Shown here: positions 48,997 through 61,660 of the stretch, piece after piece
Position numbering within the stretch: position 1 is the first letter of the stretch
How the letters are laid out: every line of letters starts with the position of its first letter
Assembly: GCA_037447605.1 (NCBI GenBank)
Contig: CM074820.1
Location: forward strand, 372,001 to 436,000
Direction: 5' to 3'
DNA from: Zygnema circumcarinatum SAG 698-1b
Lineage: Eukaryota > Plantae > Zygnematophyceae
DNA: 64,000 bases
Notes under the pieces: generated by a model
Told to the model about the DNA's origin: nothing
Databases searched by the model: none
Seen by the model: the letters and a program-made list of their open reading frames with translations, nothing else
Made by a program: the position numbers and the translations under genes

Positions 48997-49496
48997 GCTC
49001 TCCTCCCTCCCGTCCCTCTCCCTCGTTCTCTCTTTCCCTCTCTCTCTTTCTCTCCTCCCTCCCTTCTAACCCTCTCGCTCTCTCTCTCGTTCTCTCCTCC
49101 CTTCCTTCTCCCCCTCTCTCTCTCTCCCCGTCCCCCTCTATCTCTCACTCTCCCTCTCTCTCGTTTCCCCCCCACCTCCCTCCTTCCCTCCCTCCTTCCC
49201 TCCCTCCTTCCCTCTCTCTTTCTCTCTTACTTTTTTTTCTTTTTTTTTTGGTCAAATGTGTATATGTTTTGATGGGTGTTTTGTTGAATTTCTATGCGAT
49301 ATGTGGCAGGTACATATGTGAGGGAGATGTTGTGACAGTCATGGGCAGTCTCAACCGGATCGATCCGAGCCGCCCTCCTGTTATCGAACCTCTCCCAAAA
49401 GCACAAAATGTCTCCATGCTTCTCTTCTTTTGGAATTTCATTCCCTTCTTTTACCCCACATGGATATCGGGACTCGTGGTTTCTGACGGACTCTAA
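47081..49496 (+). CDS. SHOU4/At1g16860-like membrane protein, 3 exons, ~493 aa
   Basis: Exons 47081-48067, 48562-48869, 49310-49496 are frame-consistent; two hydrophobic TM segments (VATVFALIFVELGALVVVSAFFFGG / FISIVGGGGAVIIALLAFN); RAVSFSITDEETGACVLV and HEGYICEGDVVTVMG resemble family motifs as I recall them. Not database-checked. Confidence 0.68.
48110..48430. repeat. (ATGT)n then (ATGGG/ATGTT)n satellite in intron 1 of the membrane-protein gene
   Basis: Directly visible. Confidence 0.93.
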
Positions 49497-50855
49497 GCTG
49501 AAAAGAAAAACTTTAAAATTTGGGAGGGGAGGGAGGAGAAGGGTGGAGGAGAGGAGTTTCCCATAGTTAACTTTATCAAGGGGGAAGCCAACAAAAAAGG
49601 AGTGGTTGAAGGATATATTGCGACTCGTCTTCATCTACTTTTGTCCATAATCGAGTCTAGAGAGCGGGTCGGAGGGTTCAGGGCCTTTAGGGTTTGTGGT
49701 TTGGGGGGGCTCTCTGTCACCTCTAGGGTTCAGGGCTGAGGTGGTCTCGAATAAGCGACACGTGTCCGCTGTCTGACGCTACCGCAACTGAAGAGGACGG
49801 CCCGCCTTTCCATGGAATAACGGAACGGAGACATGGAAAGGGGATTGTGCCAAATCTTGTGCATTTCTATGCACAGAATAAGGCACTTTAGTTCCTGCTG
49901 CTGTAGCTGTAATAATCTCTCTCTCTCTCTCTCTCGCTCTCCTCCCTCCCGTCCCTCTCCCTCGTTCTCTCTTTCCCTCTCTCTCTTTCTCTCCTCCCTC
50001 CCTTCTAACCCTCTCGCTCTCTCTCTCGTTCTCTCCTCCCTTCCTTCTCCCCCTCTCTCTCTCTCCCCGTCCCCCTCTATCTCTCACTCTCCCTCTCTCT
50101 CGTTTCCCCCCCACCTCCCTCCTTCCCTCCCTCCTTCCCTCCCTCCTTCCCTCTCTCTTTCTCTCTTACTTTTTTTTCTTTTTTTTTTGGTCAAATGTGT
50201 ATATGTTTTGATGGGTGTTTTGTTGAATTTCTATGCGATATGTGGCAGGTACATATGTGAGGGAGATGTTGTGACAGTCATGGGCAGTCTCAACCGGATC
50301 GATCCGAGCCGCCCTCCTGTTATCGAACCTCTCCCAAAAGCACAAAATGTCTCCATGCTTCTCTTCTTTTGGAATTTCATTCCCTTCTTTTACCCCACAT
50401 GGATATCGGGACTCGTGGTTTCTGACGGACTCTAAGCTGAAAAGAAAAACTTTAAAATTTGGGAGGGGAGGGAGGAGAAGGGTGGAGGAGAGGAGTTTCC
50501 CATAGTTAACTTTATCAAGGGGGAAGCCAACAAAAAAGGAGTGGTTGAAGGATATATTGCGACTCGTCTTCATCTACTTTTGTCCATAATCGAGTCTAGA
50601 GAGCGGGTCGGAGGGTTCAGGGCCTTTAGGGTTTGTGGTTTGGGGGGGCTCTCTGTCACCTCTAGGGTTCAGGGCTGAGGTGGTCTCGAATAAGCGACAC
50701 GTGTCCGCTGTCTGACGCTACCGCAACTGAAGAGGACGGCCCGCCTTTCCATGGAATAACGGAACGGAGACATGGAAAGGGGATTGTGCCAAATCTTGTG
50801 CATTTCTATGCACAGAATAAGGCACTTTAGTTCCTGCTGCTGTAGCTGTAATAAT
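48978..50855. repeat. 939-bp tandem duplication (48978-49916, 49917-50855) including the terminal exon and 3' region
   Basis: Constant 939-nt offset (e.g. ORFs 49227-49634 and 50166-50573); copies look identical; junction inside CT microsatellites. Confidence 0.93.
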
Positions 50856-52114
50856 CTCTCTCTCTCTCTCTCGGAGTGACTTGTGTGTGAGCACTCACTC
50901 GGCAGCTCCCAGTTCCATGTTAGAAGTGAAGTGATTTAGGAGTGATGGGATATCGAAATGTATGTCAGGTTAGCATGTGAAGATGGGAGTTGGCAGATAA
51001 GAGAGAGAGAGCGAGAGAGAAAAAGAGAGAGAGAGAGAGGGAGAATGAGAGAGAAAAGGAAACATTTTTATCGTAGGAGATAGAGGAAGAGGACTCCAAA
51101 TGATGTCGACAATGATGATGTTGTTGGTGATGATGATGGGGAGGGGAGAGTTCAGAATAGCGAGAAGAGTGTGGTAGTAGTTGGGAGGGCAGGCTAGGCA
51201 GAGGGAGGGGGTGTGCTCCAATGTAATAGGACCACCTTGACAGCAAAAAAATGCGTCGATTATTGATCTGGGTCTTGTGTTGTGTGAGAATGTAGCCCTA
51301 AAAAACTAAGAATCCGGTTTTGGGTGTGATTTTAATGTGATGTGAGTGGCTGAAAACAAAATGGATTCCCTTGAGAAGCTACCAGGAAACAGCCTCTATT
51401 TCAAGAATTCCATCGCCATTGAAATCGCATTAGGGACATGTACAGAAAAAAATTCAGACTCAGCTAAAACTACTTACAGTTGTGTACCACAAATCTAGAT
51501 TCATTGCTTCAAAACTTCCCTCCACTGAACAACTTCTTGAAGTCGTGCATATTAGTTTCCAGAAGTTCTCATCTGAAAAGTTCTTCATAAGCACAAAAAT
51601 TGATGCCTTGATCGAATTCAGTGCCTGTGTGCTCAAACAACGTAGTCGTGACCCCACTTTCTCTGAGCCAACCGCACCATCTGAGCCCAAATACACAGAT
51701 GAAGGGAGAGGGTTAGTAAGAAAAGAGGGAGGGAGAGGCGGAGGAGGAGAGGGAGGGTAAGAAGTAAGGTGGGAAAGCGAGGTAGAGGGAGGGGGAGAGA
51801 GAGGTAAGGAGAGATTGAAGGGGAGACTGGGAGGGGGGAGCAGGGAAGGGAAGAGGGGGAGGTGGGGAGAGCGGGAAGATGGGCGGAGGGGAAGCAGTCG
51901 AGGGGAAAAGAGGAGGGGAGGGAGGGGGGAAAGAGAAGGAGGGGGATGAGGATTGGAAAGGGGGAAGGGAAGGTAGAGAGAGAGAGATTGGGGAGGAGAA
52001 GGGGAGGAGGAGAAGAAGTAGCGGGAGAGGGTGGAAGAGGCAGAGGGAGGGACACCAAGGAGGGAGAGAAAGTAGAGAGAGAGAGAAAGAGGGTTCGAGG
52101 GAGGCTGTATTCAC

Positions 52115-55100
52115 CCTTTCTATCTTTCCGTTTCCGAGCAGTCCCAAGTCCGGAAAGTCGTCTTTGGAGCTTCCTCGTGTGCTCGCTCTCGTCAGCATCT
52201 TCTCTCCCTTCCCCAACTTTTGAGGCAATTCAAGGCTCTCCCTCGCCTCTCCCACCTCTTTCCTTATCGAAACATCCTTTCCCTTTCTCTCCTCTTTCCC
52301 ATCTCTGCTCCTCTCCTCTCCATGCCTCTCTCCGACTCCCCTCCCTCCCGCTTTCGCCTTCTCAGAGGTAGGGTTCGGAGGACTGCAAACCTCCTGCATG
52401 CTGCTCTCTGCAGAAGACGACGCTTTCCTCTCACAGGGGGAGAGAGAGAGAGCTCCTTTCTTTACTCCAAGATTCAGCTGCCTATTCCTCCTCTCCTCCT
52501 CACTCACTTGATCCGCCAAGGAGGCTAACACAAGTCCAGCACACTCTTCCTCATGCTCCTCACCCCCCTCTCCCTCTCTTCCTTGCTCTCCCGCTCCCTC
52601 TCCTCCTCCTGCTCTCCCACTCTGTCCCACCAAGACCCCCCTCTCCTCCCTCCTTGAAAAATCTGAACTCTGCTTCCGTGCCTCTCGCTTGCTACCTCCC
52701 TCCCTCTCTGAAACATTACTTCCCCCTCCTTTCGTTGACCCTACTTCCCCCCTCTCCCCTTTCTCCCCTTCCTCCCTCTCCTCCTCCTCTACCTCCTTCC
52801 TCCGACGTAGCTTCACAATGTCGCCCTTCTCCCTCTCCCTCCCCTCTCCGTCTTCCACAGATTGCTTCCGCGGCCTTCCCCTTTTTCGCTTCTGTGTTGT
52901 CTGAGGAGACATAATTTCTTTTAATGCTTTAGTTCGCCCCCTTGTACGGACACCTCTATCTACACTACTAACTACCCCTACCCTCTCCGTCCTATCCGTC
53001 TTCACACTGGCATCCTCCTCTCCCTCACCCTCTCCCTCTCCTCTCCCTCCTCCCCCTATGCTTTGGAGCCTCCCATCCTCTCCCTCATCACTCTCTTCGA
53101 CAGGCCCTCCCAGTCTTATCTTTCCCTTCCCACCTAAACTATGAGACTGCCTTTCCGACCTCCCCTCATGTCTGCTATCCTCTTCTCCCCCAGTTCTCTC
53201 CCGCACTCCCTCCATCTCTACCTCGTTCTCTCCCTCCTCCTCGCTTTTCACCTTGCTCTCCCTCTCCCTCTCCATATCTCGAACCCCATTAAGAAAAGCT
53301 ATATTGCTCTTTGCCCCATTCTCTGTTTTTTGAACACTCCCATTGGGTGAACCTCTCCTTGCTTTCAAGTTACCATGCTTCCTTTCAGGTCGACAAGAAG
53401 GGTTCAGACTTTCTGAAGCCTTACTCACACTCTCTTCCTCCTTTACCTCCATTTCCGCGTCTCTCTCCTCCTCCTCCTCCTTCTCCGTCTCCCTTTTTTC
53501 CTTCTTCACCTTTGCCTCATTCTTCCCCTCCGTCTCTGTCTCCCTCTTCGTCTTTTCCTTCTCCTCCTCGTTCTCATTCTCAATGGTCTCGTTGTCCGTT
53601 GTCTCCTTCTCCTCCTCCACCGTCTTTCTCTCCTTCTCATTCTCCTTCTCCTTCTCGTCCACTTTCTCCTTCTCCATCTCCTCCTCATTCTTCTCCTTCT
53701 CTCTCTCCCTCCCCTTCTCCCCCTCCGCCTCTCTATCCCTCTCCTCCCCATCCTTCTCCTTCACCGTGCTGCTATGGTCTCGACTATGTGCATAACTTTC
53801 ATGCTCTTGTGAAGCTGCAATTCCTTTATCCTCTCTACATTCCTCTACTTCTCCCTCTCTTTCCCTCTCCCTCCCCTTCTTTTCCTCAACTCCAAATCTG
53901 GACTTCCTTTTAGAAAGGACTTCACCTGCTTCACCCCTCTCATCATTACCTCCACTCATATCAGACTTCTCCGTGGTTTCATTTCCTTTATCAAAAAGCC
54001 CACCCTCCTCACACACAACCCTCTCCCTACCACTGACTCTCCTTTTCCTCTCAACAATCCCTTTCACTTCCTTGTCAAATCCGTTCTCCGATGCCTCGAA
54101 TTCCTTCCTCTTCCGACCCTTCTTCACGCTCTCCTCCCTTCCACCTCTCCCACCACTCCTCCCACCCTCAGATACAGCCCCCTTCTTGCCCACTCCCTCT
54201 CCTTCGCCCTTCCGAGTATTCTCCAATTCTCTATCTTCTCTTTCAACCGCACTCACAAGTCTCCCTTCCGACACGCCAGCACCTCTCCCTCGCCCTCTCC
54301 CTCTCCCTCGCCCTCTCCCTCTCGCTCTCGTCAAAGGAGCCCTAGTCGGTGTTACTGCTCGTGGAGGTAATCTCTCTCCTACTCCTCTCATCTTCTTTTG
54401 CCCTGCATGCTGTTTACCCTCAATAGTCTGCCGCTTTTTTGGCAAAGATTTCTCTCTCCTCTCTCCCTCCTTCTCCCTCCCCTCTTTCTCCTTCTCCATC
54501 CGCTCTGCATCCTGCTCTCTCAACTTCAACTCTAAGCCCTCTATCATCTTATGCGCCTCCGAAAGTTCTTTCTCCAGTTTCTCTGCTAAAGCAGCCTTCA
54601 GAGCTGCTATCTTTTCCGTCCGACTCACCTACACAATGCAAACAAAGAATCTCACATCACTCCAGAGAACAAAAGCTCCCATCTCCTCTCTTCTCCTCCT
54701 CTCCTCCTTCCCCCCACCCCTCCTCCTCTCCCACCCTCTCCCTCTCCCTCCTTCCCCCCCACACTCTCTCACCCAACCTCCTTTCCCCCCTCACCCCTCC
54801 TCTCCCCCCCCCCCCACCTCAACAACCCTAAAAATCCCACAACCCCATTAACCCCAAAGAAAGAAAAGAGCCTCTCTCTCACCTGCTCCTGCAAGTGCTG
54901 AATAGTCCACACAGCCTTCTCCTTCACCTCCGCCATCTCTCTCTCTGCCTTCCTCACTCGCAACCCGGCCTCCAACCCCATATGCTCCGATACCTCCATC
55001 ATCAGCCCACGGAGAACGGAGCCAACATTCGTTCCTGTTCCTGGGAACGGTACTGCCTCCATAAAACCGTTCTGCAGAGAGCCGTCCTGAAGGTGCTCCT

Positions 55101-55544
55101 CAGCCATTCGTGGAGCCTGTAATGCCGTGTGGCTATATTAAATTATGAAATTTAAGCAGTTTAACGTTTGCAAATTTTAGGCTTTCGGGCTGAAGCTGAA
55201 GGTTGAAAAGCTGAAGGCTGAATGTTTTTTAAAAGTTTGGAGAATTAGGGTTCAAATTGGGTTTATGTTGAACTGGTTAACATATTCGGCGTTTAGCAGA
55301 ACTGGGGAGTCATGGAATTTACCAAGGTGACAGGTGGCGCCGCGCCATTCGCGGAAGTTGGGTCAGTAGGGGGGCCACGTGGCAACCTATCGAGAGCGTT
55401 TGCGGGTGTGCAGGGGCCCAAAATTTGCTGTATGAGAGTAGCTGTAGCGCTACTTGTTGCTGAGTTTGTAGCTGCAGCTGTAGCAGATGGTGCAGGTAAG
55501 CGGAAAACCGGAGTTGGAGCCGACACAGATGGCAATTGGGCCAT
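52115..55544 (-). CDS. Uncharacterised coiled-coil, highly charged protein with RG repeat and AT-hook (KRKRGRPRK); 3' end uncertain
   Basis: Exons 55544-55323, 55116-54883 and 54628-52115 are all phase 0 with GT-AG (about 990 codons); a further exon probably lies near 51680-51460, but its frame is unresolved. Confidence 0.7.
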
Positions 55545-58381
55545 TCTTTGGGGTAGAGGGGAGGGAGGGAGAGTGGAGAGAGGAGGGAGAGAGAGAGAGG
55601 GTGGGAGAGAGGGAGGGAGCGTGGGTAAAGAGGGACGGTGAGGAGAAGAGAGAGGGAGAGGAGGGAGAGAGAAGGAAGGGGCGAGGGAGGGGGAGAGGGA
55701 GAGGAACAAGGAGGGGGAAAGGGAGAGGGGGAGTGGAAGGGAGAGGGCGACGGAGAGGAAGAGGGAGGGGAAGGAGGTGAGATGAAGTAAGGGGTATATA
55801 TTCGAGAAGAGGGGATAGAAGAGCCCAACTACAGCACTTCTGAATGATGTTTACAAAGAAATTGTTATGAGGATTATAACCCCCCTCCAACCTTCCTCTC
55901 TCTCTCTTCGTTTCCCTCTCTCCTCCTCTCTCTCTCTCCCTCCCTCCCTCCCTCCCTCCCTCCCTCCCTACAGCCCAAGCCCTAGTCTACCGCCTCCCTA
56001 CTGATGCCCATCTGATGGATGAAATCATGACCCGTTCCCTGTCCCTTCTCAGTTCTGCAAACAAAGCAAACGGAATTCCGTTATACTAAGCGCATAGAGA
56101 CAGCAAAGAGACCATCATTGGGTCTGCCCCCACTCGTTCTGAAAACGAAGAAGGCAGCCAGTCTTTCTCCTTTAAAAAAATAAAGGAGATTTTCTCTTAA
56201 AATTGTTTTAAGTTATTCACTTCGAGGTGGGTTCTTACATAAGAAGAGAACGGCCCTCACTCTTTTAGGAAGAGAGCAGCGCAGTCTCTGCCCGGGCCTG
56301 CTCTGAATGTTCGCAGAAACTGCAAACCAACAAACCAGAAACTGGAAGTTGCCGGTTTAGGGGCTGGCGTCACACTCAATCAATGACGGCATCGCATATG
56401 TACGGACGTTGAAGCCAACGTACTTGACCGTACGCGTGTCGTACTTTTGGGATACTTGTACGGACTTGCACAGGAGGCGAAGATGTCGGTGAAAGGGACC
56501 TTTTTTTCGGTCGACGTTCTGCCACGTCAGCATTTTTACATGTGCAAAAGTGACAGAACCAATCAGGGCGTTGGTACACACTTGCGATGTGATGACGTGG
56601 ATCTCTAGCACGGTCAACGACATTCGAGTACCACGTGGTAGTCTCTGATTGGCAGTATTATTCACACGTGTAAAAAAATCCAGTAGGCCAGTTAAATGCC
56701 AGCATTACAAGTGCGAGTCCATTGGCGAGGGTCCCCAGATCCCTCCTCCCCAGAGGCTGCCAAAACGGTTGTACGGATGGACCGTTTGACCATACAGTAA
56801 ATTCATGTGTCCGTACGCCCAACTGTACTGGATTTGGTAAGATCCAAAAAAAAAAAAAAATCTGTTCTGCCAATCAGGGCTCGCCTTCGTGTCGGGAAGC
56901 CAATGGAAAGGGAGGAAACGGTTGCGAATTTTTGAGGTTCACCACCCGCGGAGCAAACCGTTATGGAAATCGTTTGGCCGTCCGTAGGTTTTTTGTGAGC
57001 GGTCGTGCGTGTCCATGTCGTTGTTGAACATGAACCATGCACCATTCATGGCATTGCAAGCGAGAGACCAATGCCGATTCATTTTCCTTTTGCTCTTATA
57101 GACAAGCCATTACTCGCACATGGCATGCTCGTCTAGCTCATAATACTCGCCAAACACACAATTGTCAGTTGTACATGTGTACATGTATATACACACACAT
57201 ATGTACATACATGTGTGTACAAGCACAACTTACAACAGTGCACAAGGCGGACCATTGGATCAACCATTGGTATAGTTGCGAGCCATTGAATCGCGATCTA
57301 GCCAACCATTGCCAATGGTTTCAACCATTGGATAGCCAATCATTGCTATCCAATGGTTGGCGATCCTATGGTCCGCCCTGCACCAGTGTACCGTACTGTA
57401 TACCGTATTATCAATATCGATACGATACGATACGATACGATATCATCAAGACGATATATGAGATACGACACGATACCGTCTTCTACTTCACCTTTTTTAC
57501 GACAGCTGGCTTATCCTCTCCCTTGCCCTCTTCCTCTCTCCCCCCTCTTTTCTCTCTCTCTCTCTCTCTCTCTCCGACCTCTCTCACTAACCTCTCACAC
57601 TACATGCCACCTATCATGACCATGCCCTCTTGCATCACCTGATGTCTGCATTTCTTGCAGAACTGACATCCATCGTCTTCAAGTCTTATTCAGAACTGAT
57701 GTATTTCTCCACCTGACCAGTTGATCTGCCATAGAAATGCATTATTGAAGCTCCTCTTAGTCGTATAAATGCTTATTTGTAGCCATGAATAGACGCATAA
57801 GGACCTCATTTGATTCGCACCTGCTCTCAAGTCTTACATTCAGCCTCCAAGTCTTTCAAGATTTGAAGCACTTCTCATGCAGATAAGAATCAGGTACATC
57901 AGCGTTTCACAGCAATATATATATATATGAAATAAACATTCTCTTTTTTTTTTTTGCATATTTTTGGTCTCCCAGCAGCCGTGAACCCAAATCCTTCGTA
58001 CCCGAAATCTCTTGGAACCATAAATTCTTGAATTGCTGAAGCTATCCTTCAGGTATAAAGCTTTCAAACCCTAAAATCACATTTCTTGTGCTGTTCTTCC
58101 CCGATCCCGCTGCTCCTACTCCTCCTGCCTCCCTCCCTTCCTCCCTCCCTCCCTCCACTCCTCTCTCCCTCTGTCTTCCCACTTCGTCCTCCCCTGACTC
58201 TCACTCTCATTCAATCTCGGCCCGCCAATCACTCCCTCCTCCCCCACCCCACTTTCCCCCAACTCCCTCCCTCTCGTCCTCCCTCCGCTCCAGTTACCCA
58301 CTCTCCCCCCCTCCCTCCTCCCCATCACACCTCAACCACCCACTTTTCCTCACTTCCTCTCCATCCCCTCTCCCTCCAGCC

Positions 58382-61300
58382 ATGGCCTTGCCAGCAGGCC
58401 CTGGCTTTCACTCTCCACCTCTCCGTGAGACACGTGTCACCCTCCTAGAGCTTGATTCCGGCGAATACTTTGTCGCCGCCTCCCTCTCCACTCAAAAAGA
58501 GACGCAACTTATTGCTATTGATCCCACAACTGGTGCTCTCCGGTACACTGCTCGGCTCGGCTTCGATCTATTCCAGTCGGAAGCAGAAGCTCTAAGCTAT
58601 GCAACTTCCGGCTCCTTTGGAGTCATCAAAAGCATAGTTCATGCAAAAGCAATTTTGGGATACTGTGCTCTTGGAAACATGGGACTATTGCTTCTGGGAA
58701 CGAAGTTGAGGCCCTCCATTCGGAGCCTGCCAGGTGGCGATACGGTATTCACTGTGGTAGATAGCCATTGGGTGAAGATTCCTTTAAGGAATCCGCAGCC
58801 GCAGCCGAAATCGGAGACGAAAAATGCCTCTGAATTGTATGATATTTTGATCAATGAAGTGCATTACTTCTGCGAAACAAGAGATATTACGAGACCGTTT
58901 CCAAGCGCTGAACCTGTGGAGTGTCCGGACGGGGAATTTGTTTGGAATGAGTGGCTTTCAGCACCTTTCAAAGCGCTCGGACTTGAGAAGCATTGCGTGG
59001 TTCTGTTGCAGGTATTCTTTGTCCTCTCTGCTTGTAAGTTCAACCATTGTAAACTATGGTTAAACTTTGATTAAACTGCGGTTAAACTGCGGTTAAACTG
59101 CGGTTAAACTACGGTTAAACTACGGTTAAATTACGGTTGAACTACGGTGAAACTAAGTTTGTTAGGTCTTGAAACTTGTTAAGAAAACCACTTCAGCACT
59201 TTTACTTCTTACTTCCATTTTCATTCATTTCCCACGCCTTCTGTACTTCAAGCCTCCCTGGAAACTTCAACTTTTTGTTGGATGCAGTGGTGGATCCCGA
59301 GTTCAACTTCTTGAACCTGGGATCCACTAACTCCATCCAATGTTCTTCACCACGTTCTCAGCTGTAACTTCCCAGAAAGGAAAAGTAGAAGATTCGAACG
59401 ATACGATCGAGAAACATGAAGAAAAAAGATAGAAATTTTAGTGTTCGTTGTTGCTTTGCAGGGATTGGCAGAATGTCGAGAATTTGCTGAAGCAGGAGGA
59501 GAGCAGGTGAGCATAGCTTTGACAGCGAGGAGGAGTCGGCTGCATCCTGGAACAAGATATTTAGCTCGGGGCTTGAATGCAGCTTCCAGTACAGGTATGA
59601 ATCTAAATACTTTTCCGCTGAGATTAGAAATATTAGTACTTTGACTATGTTGTTTATGGTTGAAGGATTTGAATGCTGTTTAGAAATTTCAGACTTTGAG
59701 TTTTTAGTTTTCTTTTTTTTTAACTTTAGCATGACTTCAGATTTGACGATCGAACCTGAGATGCAGGAAACGAGATCGAGTGTGAACAGCTGGTATGGCC
59801 GAGTGGTGGATCCTTGGATCAACCGCAGAAATATTCCACTTATTTGTGGAGAAGAGGAACTGTTCCCATTTGGTGGGGAGCTGAGATCAAGTCTTCCGTC
59901 ACAGAAGCAGAAATTTACGTCATAGAAAATCAGCCGGAAGGTACGGAAAAATACTTCAACCGAATATTGTCTCGGTACGGAGGAGAACGGAGGTGGGAGT
60001 CGCGGGAGAGGAGTGAGAAGGAGAGAGTGAGGAAGAGAGAGAAGGAGAGGGAGAGAGGAGCAGAGGGGGGGGAAAAGGAAGCTTCTTCAAATCAAGCAGT
60101 GATTGCGTGCATTAATCTGCTCCGAGTAGGGCCTGGAAAACCGGAATTAGTACTCTCAGATTCCTTTCATGAGTCCCTTACCAAAATTTCTCTAGAAAAA
60201 CAAGGAAATGTTCTGTTGAAAACGTACGATTGGCATGCTCAAGCAAAGCTGGTTGGCGAGCCTGAAACTGTAGAGGGTCTATGGCAAACCCTAAAAGAGC
60301 CCACAGAGAGAGTGGGATTTGATGAGGGGGAGTTTTTTCCGAATTCAGAGAAAGAAAAAAATGAGAAATTTGAAGGTGAATGGGGGAAAAGGGCAGAAGT
60401 TATACCTAATTTGGGAGTCCGAGGTGGAGAATTTAGGGTTCAGGAAAGGCAGTTTGGAGTGTTAAGGTTCAACTGCGCTGATTCGTTGGATAGAACAAAT
60501 GCTGCGAGCTTCTTTGGGGCAGTTCAAGTTCTGGTTGAACAGTGCCGACGGTTGGGTTTATCCGTCGAAGTGGATCCGAGATCAAGTGTGAAGCAGTCGG
60601 CAAGTGTAGGAGGTTTAACTTCTTCCACTTCTTCCTCACTCCTTAGCAACAGAATTTTTCCTGAAAATGCCGGAAATTCAGAAAATAGAGCTCTGGGATT
60701 TGGGGGTTTGGCTCCGGGTGTACTACCCCCCGGGTGGGAATTAAGAAGACATCCATCTACTGGAAAAGTTTTTTATATTGATCATAATAATAGGGCTACT
60801 AGTTGGCATCATCCAAACCCACCTATTCCCAATGGACCCCCCCCTCAGCCAGCTCTCGGTGGGAGAGACGACGAGCCTGAGAGAGGCGGAGAGAGGGAGA
60901 GGGAGAGGGAGAGGGAGAGGGAGAGGGAGAGGGAGAGAGAGAGTGGGGGGGAGAGAGAGAGAGAGAGGGAGAGCGATTTGGCATCGTCTTCCAGAGCGAG
61001 AGGAGGCGAAGAATGTCAGAAACCTTGGGGATATTTTGAGATGAGTGTTCCTCAGTTTAAGGAGGCTATAGAGCCCTTAGCTTTGCAAGGAATGGCGGAA
61101 TTATTTCTATTAGCAGGTGATGTGCATGCAACATTATATACTGGCTCGAAAGCTATGCATGCCCATGTGGTACAAATGTTTTCAGAAGATGCAGGAAAGG
61201 CAAAAAGAGCTTCTGCAGCAGCCAATATGGCAATTACTTTACAGAGGAGATATTTGAACATTGTGAGAGACCACTCAAGGCAGAAGCAGCTCGAAATGTT

Positions 61301-61475
61301 TTTGGGGCTTCGGAGACACAAAAATTTTCCGTCGCTGCCCGAAAGACCGCTGCAGGTGTGGGTTGGATGGTCTCGAGCTGTGTGTTTTCAGGGAAGGGGG
61401 AGAAGGGGGGGGAGAGAGGAGAGGAAAGGGTGAGCGGAGGGAGGGGGGGAGGGGAATGTGGGTTTTTACGAGAGA

Positions 61476-61516
<41 letters not shown>

Positions 61517-61629
61517 GGGAAGAGAGAGAGGGGGGGGAGAGAGCGAGAAAGAGAGAGAGAGTGAGAGAGAGAGTGAGAGAGAGAGAGGGGGAGAGAGTGA
61601 GGGGAGGGAGGGGGGAGGGGAATTTGTGT

Positions 61630-61660
<31 letters not shown>

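Noticed and set aside
51490-51680. Minus frame with two TGA codons as selenoprotein or SAM-domain remnant
   Set aside because: No convincing domain match or SECIS by eye; another frame is open and more parsimonious.
53311-54851. Plus-strand Ser/Phe/Leu/Pro-rich ORFs
   Set aside because: Antisense shadows of the purine-rich coding exon on the minus strand.
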